In this document: positions 44,308 through 54,700 of the stretch, piece by piece
How positions within the stretch are numbered: position 1 is the first letter of the stretch
How the letters are laid out: each line of letters starts with the position of its first letter
Assembly: GCA_963832165.1 (NCBI GenBank)
Contig: CAWHTE010000011.1
Span: 768,001 to 832,000, forward strand
Direction: 5' to 3'
DNA length: 64,000 nt
DNA from: an uncultured delta proteobacterium
GTDB lineage: Bacteria > Myxococcota_A > UBA9160 > SMWR01
Notes under the pieces: model-generated
Database searches by the model: none
Seen by the model: only the letters and a program-made list of their open reading frames with translations
What the model was told of the DNA's origin: nothing
Position numbers and translations under genes: made by a program

Positions 44308-44428
44308 CAGACCATCCGCACCTCCCCCGACCGGAGACCGCCAGCGGCGGATCGTCAGCGCGCAGGCCGAGCTCGAAGCGCAGCCCGTCCGGCGCGACGC
44401 GGCTCCAGATCACACGGCTCGCGCGCAC
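44308..44428 (-). pseudogene. Degenerate C-terminal tail of an HNH endonuclease family gene
   Basis: VRASRVIWSRVAPDGLRFELGLRADDPPLAV, then with a 1-nt correction RSGEVRMV*; resembles, from recall, the tail that follows HHLRGVHA in this HNH family. Confidence 0.4.
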
Positions 44429-44545
44429 GTATCGCGCGCCGAACCGCGGGCTGAGACACCGCGACCCGCGGACACCAGTTCACTCGGGCAGCCTGAATGG
44501 CGCGCTGCCGAAACGATCTTGGCTGGCGCCAGCCCAACGGGACCG

Positions 44546-44827
44546 TCAAGCTTTCTCGTCCGGCATCTGTCCGGACGATGTGCGACGTAGCATCGCGTCG
44601 GTCCTTGCTTCCATCTGGGCGAATCGCTGCGAGATGGATTTCAGCGACCGCCGAACCTCGCGATCGCGGACTTGACGCTCCTGGTCGGTACGCTGCGAGC
44701 GCGCTAGGTGCAACATCGGCTCGGGAATCGCGTCCCCGCAGCTCTCGCACTTACCCGCTTCAGTCGAAGCCGTCCAGTGCACGCAGCTGCGGTGGTAGAC
44801 CTCGCCGTTATTCGTGAGCCAGTCCAT
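44546..44827 (-). CDS. Small hypothetical protein with HxxC...CxxC and a coiled-coil-like tail
   Basis: MDWLTNNGEVYHRSC...CESCGDAI; gagg RBS. Confidence 0.5.
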   Translation of the reverse strand: MDWLTNNGEVYHRSCVHWTASTEAGKCESCGDAIPEPMLHLARSQRTDQERQVRDREVRRSLKSISQRFAQMEARTDAMLRRTSSGQMPDEKA

Positions 44828-45235
44828 GTTCACGTCCTCTTCTACCGGAGAGATCGGCGGCGGCAGCGCGCTCTTCAACACAATTGAGTTAAGTCCTCTC
44901 CATTCGGCGGCGTCGGTAGTTCTTGCAAACCGAACTGCGCCTCGGCTGCCGTCAACCTGCGCACCCGGCGCCTCGAAGCGGCAGCGCGCGAGCAACTCGG
45001 AGGGTGCTAGTCAGCGCTTGGAGCGCGGCGAATATGAACCGAGATCTCTATTCCAGTTGCCAAGATCCTGGCTACGCCCGCCCCCACGGCAGCCGGCGAG
45101 GGCCGAGCACTGTCACAAGGCCAGCGACGAGTTGGATGAAACCTCCGGGTTCTGGCCAATACCTGGCTTCGCCTCGTCCCTCTCGAGTTGGGGGGAGGAA
45201 TGGACCACGCTTCGGTGCGAGTCTCGACGGAGCGC

Positions 45236-45694
45236 TCAGGCGTCGCGGTACAGCTTTGCGCGCGCGCGCACGGGCGCGAGCAGCGCGTCTAGATCGGGCT
45301 GCTCGAGCGGGTAGCCTTTCGGGTGGGGCGGACGCGGTTCGAGCCCGAGCCCGGCCTGGACGAGCGGATGCTGGTAGTAGGCGGAGTAGAGCTGGAAGAC
45401 GAGGCCGGGCAGGAAGCCCGGGTCGGACGAGGCGTGCGCGTTGAGGACGTCCGAGCGGTCGGCCGGCGCGAGCGCCGCGAATCCGGCCGCGCCGCGCTCG
45501 CGCGCCGCCGCATCGAGCGCATCGAGACCGCGCGCCGTGATCGCGCACATCGCGCCGAGCTTCTCCTCGATCGCGCTCGTGAGCCCGATCTCCCCCGCGC
45601 CCGGCAGGGCGCCGTCTGCACTGCGCGGGATCACCGTCTCGAGCACGGCCTCGAGCGCGACGCGCTGCGCAGGGCTGAATCCGGCCGCGGTCAT
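45236..45694 (-). CDS. Gluconate 2-dehydrogenase subunit 3-like partner protein
   Basis: LETVIP...LPGAGE, AYYQHP; ATGA overlap with the GMC gene. Confidence 0.75.
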   Translation of the reverse strand: MTAAGFSPAQRVALEAVLETVIPRSADGALPGAGEIGLTSAIEEKLGAMCAITARGLDALDAAARERGAAGFAALAPADRSDVLNAHASSDPGFLPGLVFQLYSAYYQHPLVQAGLGLEPRPPHPKGYPLEQPDLDALLAPVRARAKLYRDA

Positions 45695-47295
45695 TCGAAC
45701 AGGTCCGCCAGGTTGCGCTTGATCGCGTCGCCGATGTAGAGCGCGAGCGCCTGGATCGTGTTGGTCGGATTCACGGCCGCGGCGGTCACGAAGATGCTGC
45801 CGTCGACGATGAACAGGTTCGGGACGTCGTGGCAGCGACCCCATTCGTTCACGACCGACTTCTCGGGATCGGTGCCCATGCGCGCGGTGCCCATGAGGTG
45901 CCAGCCCGCGGGCGCGAGCGGCGCATCCGCGAGCGTCTCCTTCGCGCCTGCGGCTTCGAGCACCTCGCGTCCGCGCGCGACCGCGTGCTCGAGCATGCGT
46001 TGGCTGTTCTCGCCGAGGCGGTAGTGGATCTTCGGCGCGGGAATTCCGTCGGCGTCGACGAGCTCCGGGTCGAGCGTGACGCGATTGCACTCTTCGGGCA
46101 GGTCCTCGCAGATCGCCACCATCCCTGCGGTGCGATCCCAGAGCTCGGAGTAGGCCTCGTGGTGGCCCGCGCCCCACGGCACGTGCCCCGTCGACATTCC
46201 GAGCAGCGCGGTGCCCACGGGCCCGATGCCGCGCACCATCTCGAACGAATAGCCGCGCGCGAAGCCGCGCGAGCGGTCGGTTTCGTAGAACTCCTGGCTG
46301 ATGATGCAGCAGCCGGTCGGACCCTTGTAGCCCTCGAGCGCGCTCGGGAAGATGCCCGTGACGAGACCGTACGGGTGGAACATCAGGTTCTTGCCGACGA
46401 GCCCGCTGCGATTGGCGAGTCCGTCGGGGAAGCGCGCCGAGGCGGAGTTGAGCAGCACGCGCGGAGTTCCGACGCCGTTGCACGCGAGCACCACGATCTC
46501 GGCCTTCTGGCGCCGCTCGACGCCGTCGGCGTCGTAATAGATCACGCCGTTCGCGAGTCCGCGCTCGTCGAGCGTGATCTCGCGCACGCGGCAGTGCGTG
46601 CGCAGCTCGACACCGTTTCGGATCGCGGCGGGCCAGTAGGTGACGTCGGTGCTGCCTTTGGCGCCCTGCGCGCAGCCCATGATGCACGGGCCCAGGTTGA
46701 TGCACGCGGCCCGGCCCTCGTACTCGCGTGTGGCGATCGCGCTGTCCGAAGGCCACCAGTGCCAGCCGAGCCGGTTGAACCCGTGCGCCAGCGTCTCTCC
46801 GAGCAGACCCAGCGGAACCGGCGGCAGCGGCGGCTCCTTGGCGGGCCCGGCCGGGTCGCCCGCGAGCCCGGCCACGCCCATCAGGCGCGCGTTCGTATCG
46901 TAGTAGGGCGCGAGCGCCGCGTAGTCGATCGGCCAGTCGTCGCCGACGCCGTCGAGCGTGTGCGTGCGGAAATCCGAGGGGTGGAAGCGCGGGAAGTGCG
47001 CCGCGTACAGGATCGTGCTGCCGCCGACCGCGTTGAAGTTCGAGATGTGGATCGGCGACTCGCCGTCGTTGATCGGATAGTCCTCGCGCCGTCCGCGTCC
47101 GTTCGGCGAGAAGCCGAACGCGCCGAAGCGCTCGAGCTCCCAGCCGGCCCGCGTGCTCGGATAGTCGAGCGGGTTCATCCAATCGCCCTGCTCGAAGCAG
47201 ACGATCCGCATGCGCGTCTCGGCGAGACTCCACGCGATCGCGGCGCCGGATGCTCCCGCGCCGATGATCAGGACGTCGACGGTGTCATCCGCCAC
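45691..47295 (-). CDS. GMC family oxidoreductase
   Basis: IIGAGASG, AVGGSTI, VGKNLMFH, HLMGTARMG, NPTNT. Confidence 0.93.
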   Translation of the reverse strand: MADDTVDVLIIGAGASGAAIAWSLAETRMRIVCFEQGDWMNPLDYPSTRAGWELERFGAFGFSPNGRGRREDYPINDGESPIHISNFNAVGGSTILYAAHFPRFHPSDFRTHTLDGVGDDWPIDYAALAPYYDTNARLMGVAGLAGDPAGPAKEPPLPPVPLGLLGETLAHGFNRLGWHWWPSDSAIATREYEGRAACINLGPCIMGCAQGAKGSTDVTYWPAAIRNGVELRTHCRVREITLDERGLANGVIYYDADGVERRQKAEIVVLACNGVGTPRVLLNSASARFPDGLANRSGLVGKNLMFHPYGLVTGIFPSALEGYKGPTGCCIISQEFYETDRSRGFARGYSFEMVRGIGPVGTALLGMSTGHVPWGAGHHEAYSELWDRTAGMVAICEDLPEECNRVTLDPELVDADGIPAPKIHYRLGENSQRMLEHAVARGREVLEAAGAKETLADAPLAPAGWHLMGTARMGTDPEKSVVNEWGRCHDVPNLFIVDGSIFVTAAAVNPTNTIQALALYIGDAIKRNLADLFE

Positions 47296-47353
47296 GGGGT
47301 CTCCCGCTCGAGGAACGCGCAGCATAGCAGCGCCGGTTCCGCCCGGTCGGGTC

Positions 47354-48181
47354 TCAGACGTGCCGGACGCGTTCCGCGCGTGCTGAGTAGGAGTCGGCGA
47401 GCGACCTCATCTCGGGGGTGAAGGCGATCCTGCCCGGCGAGTACCAAGGCAGATAGGTCGCGAGCACGAGCGGGAGTAGACCGCGGACGCCTTGCCAGGC
47501 CTCCCGCCGCATACGCGCACGGCGCTCCGCCGCCCCGCCGAAGCGAGCCAGCGTCTCGGGATCGGCTTCTTCCATGTGGCGGACGACGCGGAGGATCCAG
47601 CCGAACATGTGGCGCTGCGCGTAGAATCCCCAGCGCAGGCGATAGAAGTAGTCGCCGAAGATGTGGTCGTAGACGTCGAAGGCGACGGTGCGGTGCTCGA
47701 GCTCCTCGATCAGGTGCCACGAGAACAGCTCGCGCACCGGCGAGCGCAGGCGCTCCATTTTCCCGGTCGCGAATCCGTAGCGCGCGATCGCGGTCGTCAG
47801 TGCTTCGAATCCCTCCGCGTAGGCGAGATTGAACTGGAGTGGCTTCGTCTCCGAAAACCTCTGGTAGTCCGCTTCCAGCTCGCGTTCGAGCTCTTCGAGC
47901 CGCGGGAACCCCGACGTGCGCACGGCCTCGTTGAAACGCCGGTGCTGCCGATAGTGCTGCCCTTCCTGCGCGTTGAAGCGCTCGAGATCCTTCAGCAGCT
48001 CCGGATCGTCGATCCGCTTCTTCGCTGCGTTCATCGTGCGGATCAGGTACGGCTCCAGGTAGGGAAGCAACAGCGACATCGCCAGATGCAGGTAGGACTC
48101 CTCGGGTTCGCCCTCGACGACGATCGGATCGATCCCCTCTGGGAAATCGAAGCGCATCGCGCGTACGGTAATGTCGTGCAT
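47354..48181 (-). CDS. Predicted metal-dependent hydrolase
   Basis: QEGQHYRQH, AEGFE, WHLIEELEHRTVAFDVY. Confidence 0.85.
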   Translation of the reverse strand: MHDITVRAMRFDFPEGIDPIVVEGEPEESYLHLAMSLLLPYLEPYLIRTMNAAKKRIDDPELLKDLERFNAQEGQHYRQHRRFNEAVRTSGFPRLEELERELEADYQRFSETKPLQFNLAYAEGFEALTTAIARYGFATGKMERLRSPVRELFSWHLIEELEHRTVAFDVYDHIFGDYFYRLRWGFYAQRHMFGWILRVVRHMEEADPETLARFGGAAERRARMRREAWQGVRGLLPLVLATYLPWYSPGRIAFTPEMRSLADSYSARAERVRHV

Positions 48182-48267
48182 CGCCGCACACCCTAACGCG
48201 AAGCGACGCCACAGCCCAAGTCCGATGGCTCGCGGCGGCGTTCCTTCCGACCCGAGAGAGAGCCGTG

Positions 48268-49146
48268 ATGGCCTGCGAAGAAATCGAGCTGCGCGCCGGA
48301 GGCCTGCGCTTCTCGGCCATCAGCGACGGCGCGGGCCCGATCGCGCTCTGTCTGCACGGTTTTCCCGACACCAGGCGCTCCTTCCGCCTGCAGCTCCCGG
48401 CTCTCGCGGAAGCGGGATTCCGCGCCGTGGCGCCGCAGCTGCGCGGCTACGAGCCGTCGTCGCAACCGGCGAACGGCGACTATCACATCGCGCGCATGGC
48501 GGAGGACGTCATCGGCTGGATCGACGACCTCGGCGCTACCCGGGTCCATCTGATCGGCCACGACTGGGGAGCGGTGATCGCCTACGCCGCCGCCAGTCTG
48601 GCTCCGCAGCGTTTCGACTCGCTGTGCACTCTCGCGATCGCCCACCCCGGCCGCTTGCGCAGCGAGGGCGTGCGCAAGGTGCCGAGCCAGCTCCGCAAGT
48701 CCTGGTACATGTTCTTCCTGCAGCTGCGCGGGCTCGCCGAGTACGCGCTCGAAGCCGACGACTGGCGCTTCATCGAGAGACTGTGGCGCGCGTGGTCGCC
48801 CGGCTGGGACTTTCCGCCCGCAGAGCTCGCGCACGTGAAGCGCACGCTCGCGCAACCCGGCGTGAAGAAGGCGGCCATCGCCTACTACCGCGCCATGTTC
48901 AATCCCTTCGGCCGCGCCGCGCGTCGCACCGAGGAGCTGCTGACGGCGCCGATCCATGTGCGCACGCTTGCCGCGACCGGCGCCCTCGACGGCTGCATGG
49001 ACACCCGCCTGCACGACGTGGCGATGTCGCCGCGCGACTTCCCGGGAGGCCTCGAAGTGGTTCGTTACCCCGACGCCGGACACTTCCTTCACCAGGAGGT
49101 TCCCGACGCGTTCAACGCGACACTGATCGACTGGCTGCGGCGCTGA
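48268..49146 (+). CDS. Epoxide-hydrolase-like alpha/beta hydrolase
   Basis: LHGFPD, GHDWGA, AGHFLHQE. Confidence 0.9.
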   Translation: MACEEIELRAGGLRFSAISDGAGPIALCLHGFPDTRRSFRLQLPALAEAGFRAVAPQLRGYEPSSQPANGDYHIARMAEDVIGWIDDLGATRVHLIGHDWGAVIAYAAASLAPQRFDSLCTLAIAHPGRLRSEGVRKVPSQLRKSWYMFFLQLRGLAEYALEADDWRFIERLWRAWSPGWDFPPAELAHVKRTLAQPGVKKAAIAYYRAMFNPFGRAARRTEELLTAPIHVRTLAATGALDGCMDTRLHDVAMSPRDFPGGLEVVRYPDAGHFLHQEVPDAFNATLIDWLRR

Positions 49147-49170
49147 CCTGCACGCCCGTCGTTCGATCGC

Positions 49171-50529
49171 CTACGCGGGATTCACGAGCAGCGCCGAGCG
49201 ATCCACCGCCGGACCGCGCAGGCGGATCCAGACCACGAGCGAGATCGCCACGAGACCGAGACCGAACGCGAGCCCCCACCAGATGCCCGCGAGCCCCCAG
49301 CCGCGCCGCAGCGCGAGCCACGATCCGATCGGCAGCGCGAGCCCCCAGTAGCTCACGAGGTTGAACACCATGGCGGGCCGCGTGCGGCCCATGCCGCGCA
49401 GCACGCCGCAGCCCACCGCCTGCGTGCCGTCGAAGATCTGGAACGCACCCGCGATCGGCAGGATCGCCGCACACGCCGCGATCACCGCGGCGTCGGGCGT
49501 GTAGATGCGGGGAAGCAGATGCCGGAACAACACGAAGGACAATCCCGAGAGCGACATCACCGCGGCACCCATGCCGATCGACACCCAGGCGGCGCGCTGC
49601 GCGGCTTCGGGCTCGCGCGCACCGATCAGGTTGCCCACGCGCGTCGCGGCGCCCTGCGCGATGCCGAGCGGCAGCATGAACGCGAGCGCTGCCATGTTCA
49701 GGGTGACGGTGTGCGCCGCGAGCGGTACGGGGCCGAGCTGGCCCGCGATCAGCGCAGCGCCCGAGAACGCCCAGATCTCGAGCGAGATCTGCAGCGCGAT
49801 CGGCAGCCCGAACGCGGCGATCTGTGCGAGATGGCGGCGGTGGAGGGAATCGCGCGACCACGGCACCCACGCGCCCTCGTGCAGCGCGAACGCGCGCATC
49901 AGCAGCGCGAGACCCGCAAAGCATCCCACCCGCGTGAGCGTCGTGGCGATCCCGGCGCCGACCACGCCCAGCGCAGGGGACCCGAGGTGGCCGAAGATCA
50001 GCACCCAGTTGAAGAGCGCGTGCACGAGGTTCGCCGCGATCATCACGAACAGCGCGGGCCTCACCTGCTCGCGGCTCTGCAGGTACTGGCGCAGCGCGAT
50101 GTAGGAGAGGTAGAAGGGGATGCCCGGGATCTGCACGAGGGTGTATTCGTGCGCGAGACGCGCGAGCGCGGGGTCCTGACGCGCGAAGAGCAGGAAGCTC
50201 TCGGTGCCGAGCCAGAGCAGCGCAACGGGGATCGCGAGCAGCCACGCGAGCACGAGCGCGGCCTGGAGCGCGCGGCCCGCGCGTTCGCCTTCGCCCGCGC
50301 CGTGCGCCTGCGCGACGATCGGCACGAGCCCCATCACCATGCCCGCGGCGAACTCCATCGTGCCGTAGATCCAGACGTTCGCGATCGCGACCGCGCCGAG
50401 TGCCTCGACCGAGACGCGGCCGACCATCGCGGTGTCGACGAAGCCGATCAGCATGCCAGCGAGCTGGGTCGCGGCGACGGGCGCGCCGAGCGACACCATC
50501 TTGCGGATCTCGGCGCGGAGCAGGGACAC
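49171..50529 (-). CDS. MATE family efflux transporter (NorM-like)
   Basis: VDTAMVGR, RVGNLIGA, FDGTQAV..GVLRG; about 12 TM segments. Confidence 0.92.
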   Translation of the reverse strand: MSLLRAEIRKMVSLGAPVAATQLAGMLIGFVDTAMVGRVSVEALGAVAIANVWIYGTMEFAAGMVMGLVPIVAQAHGAGEGERAGRALQAALVLAWLLAIPVALLWLGTESFLLFARQDPALARLAHEYTLVQIPGIPFYLSYIALRQYLQSREQVRPALFVMIAANLVHALFNWVLIFGHLGSPALGVVGAGIATTLTRVGCFAGLALLMRAFALHEGAWVPWSRDSLHRRHLAQIAAFGLPIALQISLEIWAFSGAALIAGQLGPVPLAAHTVTLNMAALAFMLPLGIAQGAATRVGNLIGAREPEAAQRAAWVSIGMGAAVMSLSGLSFVLFRHLLPRIYTPDAAVIAACAAILPIAGAFQIFDGTQAVGCGVLRGMGRTRPAMVFNLVSYWGLALPIGSWLALRRGWGLAGIWWGLAFGLGLVAISLVVWIRLRGPAVDRSALLVNPA

Positions 50530-50575
50530 GGAGTTCCTCGGGCGGAGTGCGCAAGTTACCGGCTATTCTCGCGCC

Positions 50576-51562
50576 GTGAAATTCGGCGTGCTCCAGTTCT
50601 TCAGCTGGCCCGAGCGCCGGATCCCGATTGCGCAGGTCTACGAGCGCGCGCTGTCGCGGATCGAGATCATGGACCGCACCGGCTACGACGCGGTGTGGCT
50701 CGCCGAGCACCACTTCAACTCGTTCTCCGTCTGCCCATCGGTACATATGATGGGGACGCACGTCGCGGCGCGAACGAAGCGGCTGCGGATCGGCACGGCC
50801 GTGACGCTCGCGGCGTTCTACCACCCGCTGCGGATCGCCGAGGAGATCGCGCTGCTCGACGTGCTCTCGGGCGGGCGCGTGAACTTCGGCGCGGGGCGCG
50901 GCTTCGACGCGACCGAGTTCCGCGCGTTCGGCGTGCCGCCGCCCGAAAGCGCCGACCGCTTCCGCGAAGCGGTCGAGATCGTGCTCGCGGCGTGGAGCGG
51001 CGACCGCCTGAACTACGCGGGGCGTTATTTCTCGTTCGAGAACATCGAGGTGCTGCCGAAGCCGGTTCAGTCGCCACATCCGCCCGTGTGGGTGGCGGCG
51101 TCGTCCGAGCCTGCGGTGGAGTGGGCGGCGCAGCGCGGGCTCACGATCATGATGGATCCGCACTCGCCGCACGTCGAGATCGCGCGCAAGCGCGAGCTCT
51201 ACCGCACCCAGCTCGAGGCCGCGGGCCACCGCATGGACGGGCGCGAGATCCCGATGGCGCGCCTCGTCGCCGTGGCGGAGACCGAGGTGAAGGCCGAGGA
51301 GGTCGCGCGCAGCGGCGCGGGCTGGATCGTCGGGTCGTACATGGGCAGGAGCGGCGCGTTCCTCGATCCGAAAGGCGCGCCGCAGAAGGACCCGATCGAT
51401 CGCTATCTCGACGGGATCGTTGTGTACGGAACGCCCGAGAAGGTGGTCGACGATCTGCAGCAGCTCGGGGAGGAGATGTTCCTCGACTACCTGCTCGCCG
51501 CGCCGTTGTCACACGAGTCGTTCCTGCTGTTCACGGAGAAGGTGCTGCCCAAGCTGATCTGA
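50576..51562 (+). CDS. LLM-class flavin-dependent oxidoreductase
   Basis: VWLAEHHF, HPLRIAEE, GAGRG, PKPVQSPHPP; GTG start. Confidence 0.9.
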   Translation: MKFGVLQFFSWPERRIPIAQVYERALSRIEIMDRTGYDAVWLAEHHFNSFSVCPSVHMMGTHVAARTKRLRIGTAVTLAAFYHPLRIAEEIALLDVLSGGRVNFGAGRGFDATEFRAFGVPPPESADRFREAVEIVLAAWSGDRLNYAGRYFSFENIEVLPKPVQSPHPPVWVAASSEPAVEWAAQRGLTIMMDPHSPHVEIARKRELYRTQLEAAGHRMDGREIPMARLVAVAETEVKAEEVARSGAGWIVGSYMGRSGAFLDPKGAPQKDPIDRYLDGIVVYGTPEKVVDDLQQLGEEMFLDYLLAAPLSHESFLLFTEKVLPKLI

Positions 51563-51705
51563 CCCGCGGGGTGTGACTATTTGTCCCTTCCGGGACTCGT
51601 GCTCTGTTAGGGTGGGGCGCCACCCGGTAGCGTGGGGCCGTCCACCCGTCGCGAACGCGCAGGGCCCACCGTCGGTACTCGCTTCGGGCGCAACCCGAGG
51701 CCGCC

Positions 51706-54700
51706 ATGCGCAACCGACTCGCGCGCTCGCTCACCACCCTGATCTCGTGCATCGGCCTCGCTTCGGCCTGCGCCCATCCGGGTGGCGGGGGACCCGAGAC
51801 TGCCGCCGGGACCGGTGCGACCGACCCGCTCTGGCTCGCGACGGCGCAGCGGCACATCGCGGCGCGCGAGTACTGGGCGAGTGAGAACGGCGACGGCCTC
51901 CAGGCACCCAACCGCGCGCACGACCTGCGCACCTACTTCGAGAAGACGGGCATCCGCGTGCACGACCGCACCGCGGGCGGGAGCCCCGAGCTGCTGCGCC
52001 TGTCTCTTTCCGGTGTCGGGCGCGAGAAGACGCTGGCTGCGCCGGCAGCCGGCGCGTTGGTTACCGACGAGAACCGCGTGGAGATCCATCGCCCGGGCCT
52101 CGTCGAGTGGTACGTGAATTCGCCGGCGGGTCTCGAGCAGGGCTTCACGCTCGAGGAGCGACCGGCCGGCGAGGGACCGCTCGTGGCAGAGCTTCGCATT
52201 GCCAGTGCGCGTCTCGCCCTGCGCGGCAGCGCGGTGAGCATCGACACGGGAACGCGTCGGCTCCGCTTCGGCGAGCTCGCCGCGGTCGACGCCGAAGGAC
52301 GCTCGCTCGCGGCGCATTTCGAGCTGCCCGAAACCGAGCGACTAAGGATCGTCGTCGAAGATGCGGGCGCGACCTATCCGATCGTGATCGACCCCTTGCT
52401 CACGGAGACGGCGGATACGCAGCTCGAATCGGATCAGGGGAGCGCGCAGTTCGGCCGCCTCGGGAGCGCGGGCGACGTGAACGGCGACGGCTACGCCGAC
52501 GTGATCGTGGGTGCGCCGCTTTACGACGCGGGCCTGGCAGACGAAGGAGCCGCGTTCGTGTTCCTGGGCAGCGCGACCGGGATCGCGGACGGCGGTGTCG
52601 CCGGCGCGGCGGCGCAGCTCGAGTCGGATCAGGCGGGCGCGCAGATGGGCCGCGCGGTGGCGGGCGCCGGGGACGTGAATGGCGACGGCTACGGGGACGT
52701 GATCGTCTCCGCGGTCAACTACGACGCGGGGCAAGGAGTTGGCGAGGGCGCTGCCTTCGTGTTCCTGGGCAGCGCGACCGGGATCGCGGACGGCAATCCC
52801 TCGACCGCGGCGGCGCAGCTCGAGTCGGACCAGGCGAACGCGCGCCTGGGCTTCAGCGTCGCGGGCGCCGGCGATGTGAACGGAGACGGCTACGCCGACG
52901 TGATCGTGGGCGCCAATCTCTACGATGCGGGCCAGACGGACGAAGGGGCTGCGTTCGTGTTCCACGGCAGCGCGACGGGGATCGCGGATGGCAATCCGGC
53001 GACGGCGGTGACGCAGCTCGAGTCGAACCAGGCGATAGGGACGGTCCCGCAGTTCGGCGGGAGCGTGGCGGGCGCCGGCGATGTGAACGGAGACGGCTAC
53101 GCCGACGTGATCGTGGGCGCCAGTTTCTACGATGCGGGCTCGGCCGACGAGGGGGCCGCGTTCGTGTTCCACGGCAGCGCGACGGGGATCGCGGATGGCA
53201 ATCCGGCGACGGCGGTGACGCAGCTCGAGTCGAACCAGGCGATAGGGACGGTCCCGCAGTTCGGCGGGAGCGTGGCGGGCGCCGGCGACGTGAACGGCGA
53301 CGGCTACGCCGACGTGATCGTGGGAGCTCTCTCCTACGACGCGACACTGCCGGACTCGGGCGCTGCGTTCGTGTTCCACGGCAGCGCGACGGGGATCGCC
53401 AATGGCAATCCGACGACGGCGGAGACGCAGCTCGAGTCGGTTCAGGGGAGCGCGCAGTTCGGCCGGAGCGTATCGGGCGCGGGAGACGTGAATGGCGACG
53501 GCTATGCCGACGTGATCGTGAGCGCTCCCTTGTACGACGCGGGCTCGACCGACGAGGGAGCCGCGTTCGTCTTCCACGGCAGCGCGACCGGGATCGCGGA
53601 TGGCAATCCGGCGACGGCGGCGGCGCAGCTCGAGTCGAACCAGGCGTCAGCGGCCGCTGACTTCAGCGCCGGGGTGGGGGACGTGAACGGCGACGGCTAC
53701 GCCGACGTGATGATGAGCGCTTCCTCATACGACGCGCCCTCGGCCGACGAGGGGGCGGCCTTCCTCTACCTCGGCGGCGCGGCGGGCATCGCCGACGGCA
53801 GTCCCGCGACCGCGGCCGCGCAGCTCGAGTCGAATCAAGCCAACGTCCCCCCCGCCGCTTTCGGCTCTTTCGGCTACAGCGTCTCGGGCGCGGGCGACGT
53901 GAACCGCGACGGCTACAGCGACGTGGTCGTGGGCGCGCCGTACTACGACGCGGGCCTCCCGGACGAGGGGGCGGCCTTCGTCTTCCATGGGAGTGCAGCG
54001 GGAATCGCGAGCGGCAATCCGACCACGGCGAACGCGCTGCTCGAGTCGAACCAGAATGCCGCGCAGTTCGGCTACAGCGTCTCGGGAGCGGGCGACGTGA
54101 ACGGCGACGGCTACGCCGACCTGATCGTGGGCGCTCCCGTCTACGACAACCCGGACGCGGACGAGGGCGCGGCCTTCGTGTTCCATGGCAGTGCAGCGGG
54201 AATCGCGAGCGGCAATCCCACGACCGCGGCGGCGACGTTCGAGTCGAACCAGCTCATCGGATCGAGCCTGCTGCCCCCGGTGTTCGGCTACAGCGTGGCG
54301 GGTGCGGGGGACGTGAACGGGGACGGCTACGGCGACGTGATCGTGGGCGCTGCCGGCTACGACAATGCGCAGGATGACGAGGGCGCGGCATTCGTGTTCC
54401 TGGGCAGTGCTTCGGGCATCGCGAGCGGCAATCCCGCGACCGCGGCGGCGCAGATCGAGCCGGACCAACCGACCGCGCTTCTCGGCTACAGCGTGGCGAG
54501 TGCGGGCGACGTGAACGGCGACGGCTACGCCGACGTGATCGTCAGCGCGCCGAACTACGACGCGGGGACGACCGACGAAGGCGCCGCGTTCGTGTTCCTG
54601 GGCAGCGCTTCGGGAATCGCGGACGGCAGTCCCACCACCGCGTCGGCGCAGCTCGAGTCGGACCTGGAGTCCGCGTTCTTCGGTGGGACCGTCGACGGGG

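Noticed and set aside
51563..51705. GC-rich hairpins upstream of the integrin-like gene as a possible riboswitch
   Set aside because: No recognisable aptamer consensus, and such pairing is expected at this GC content.
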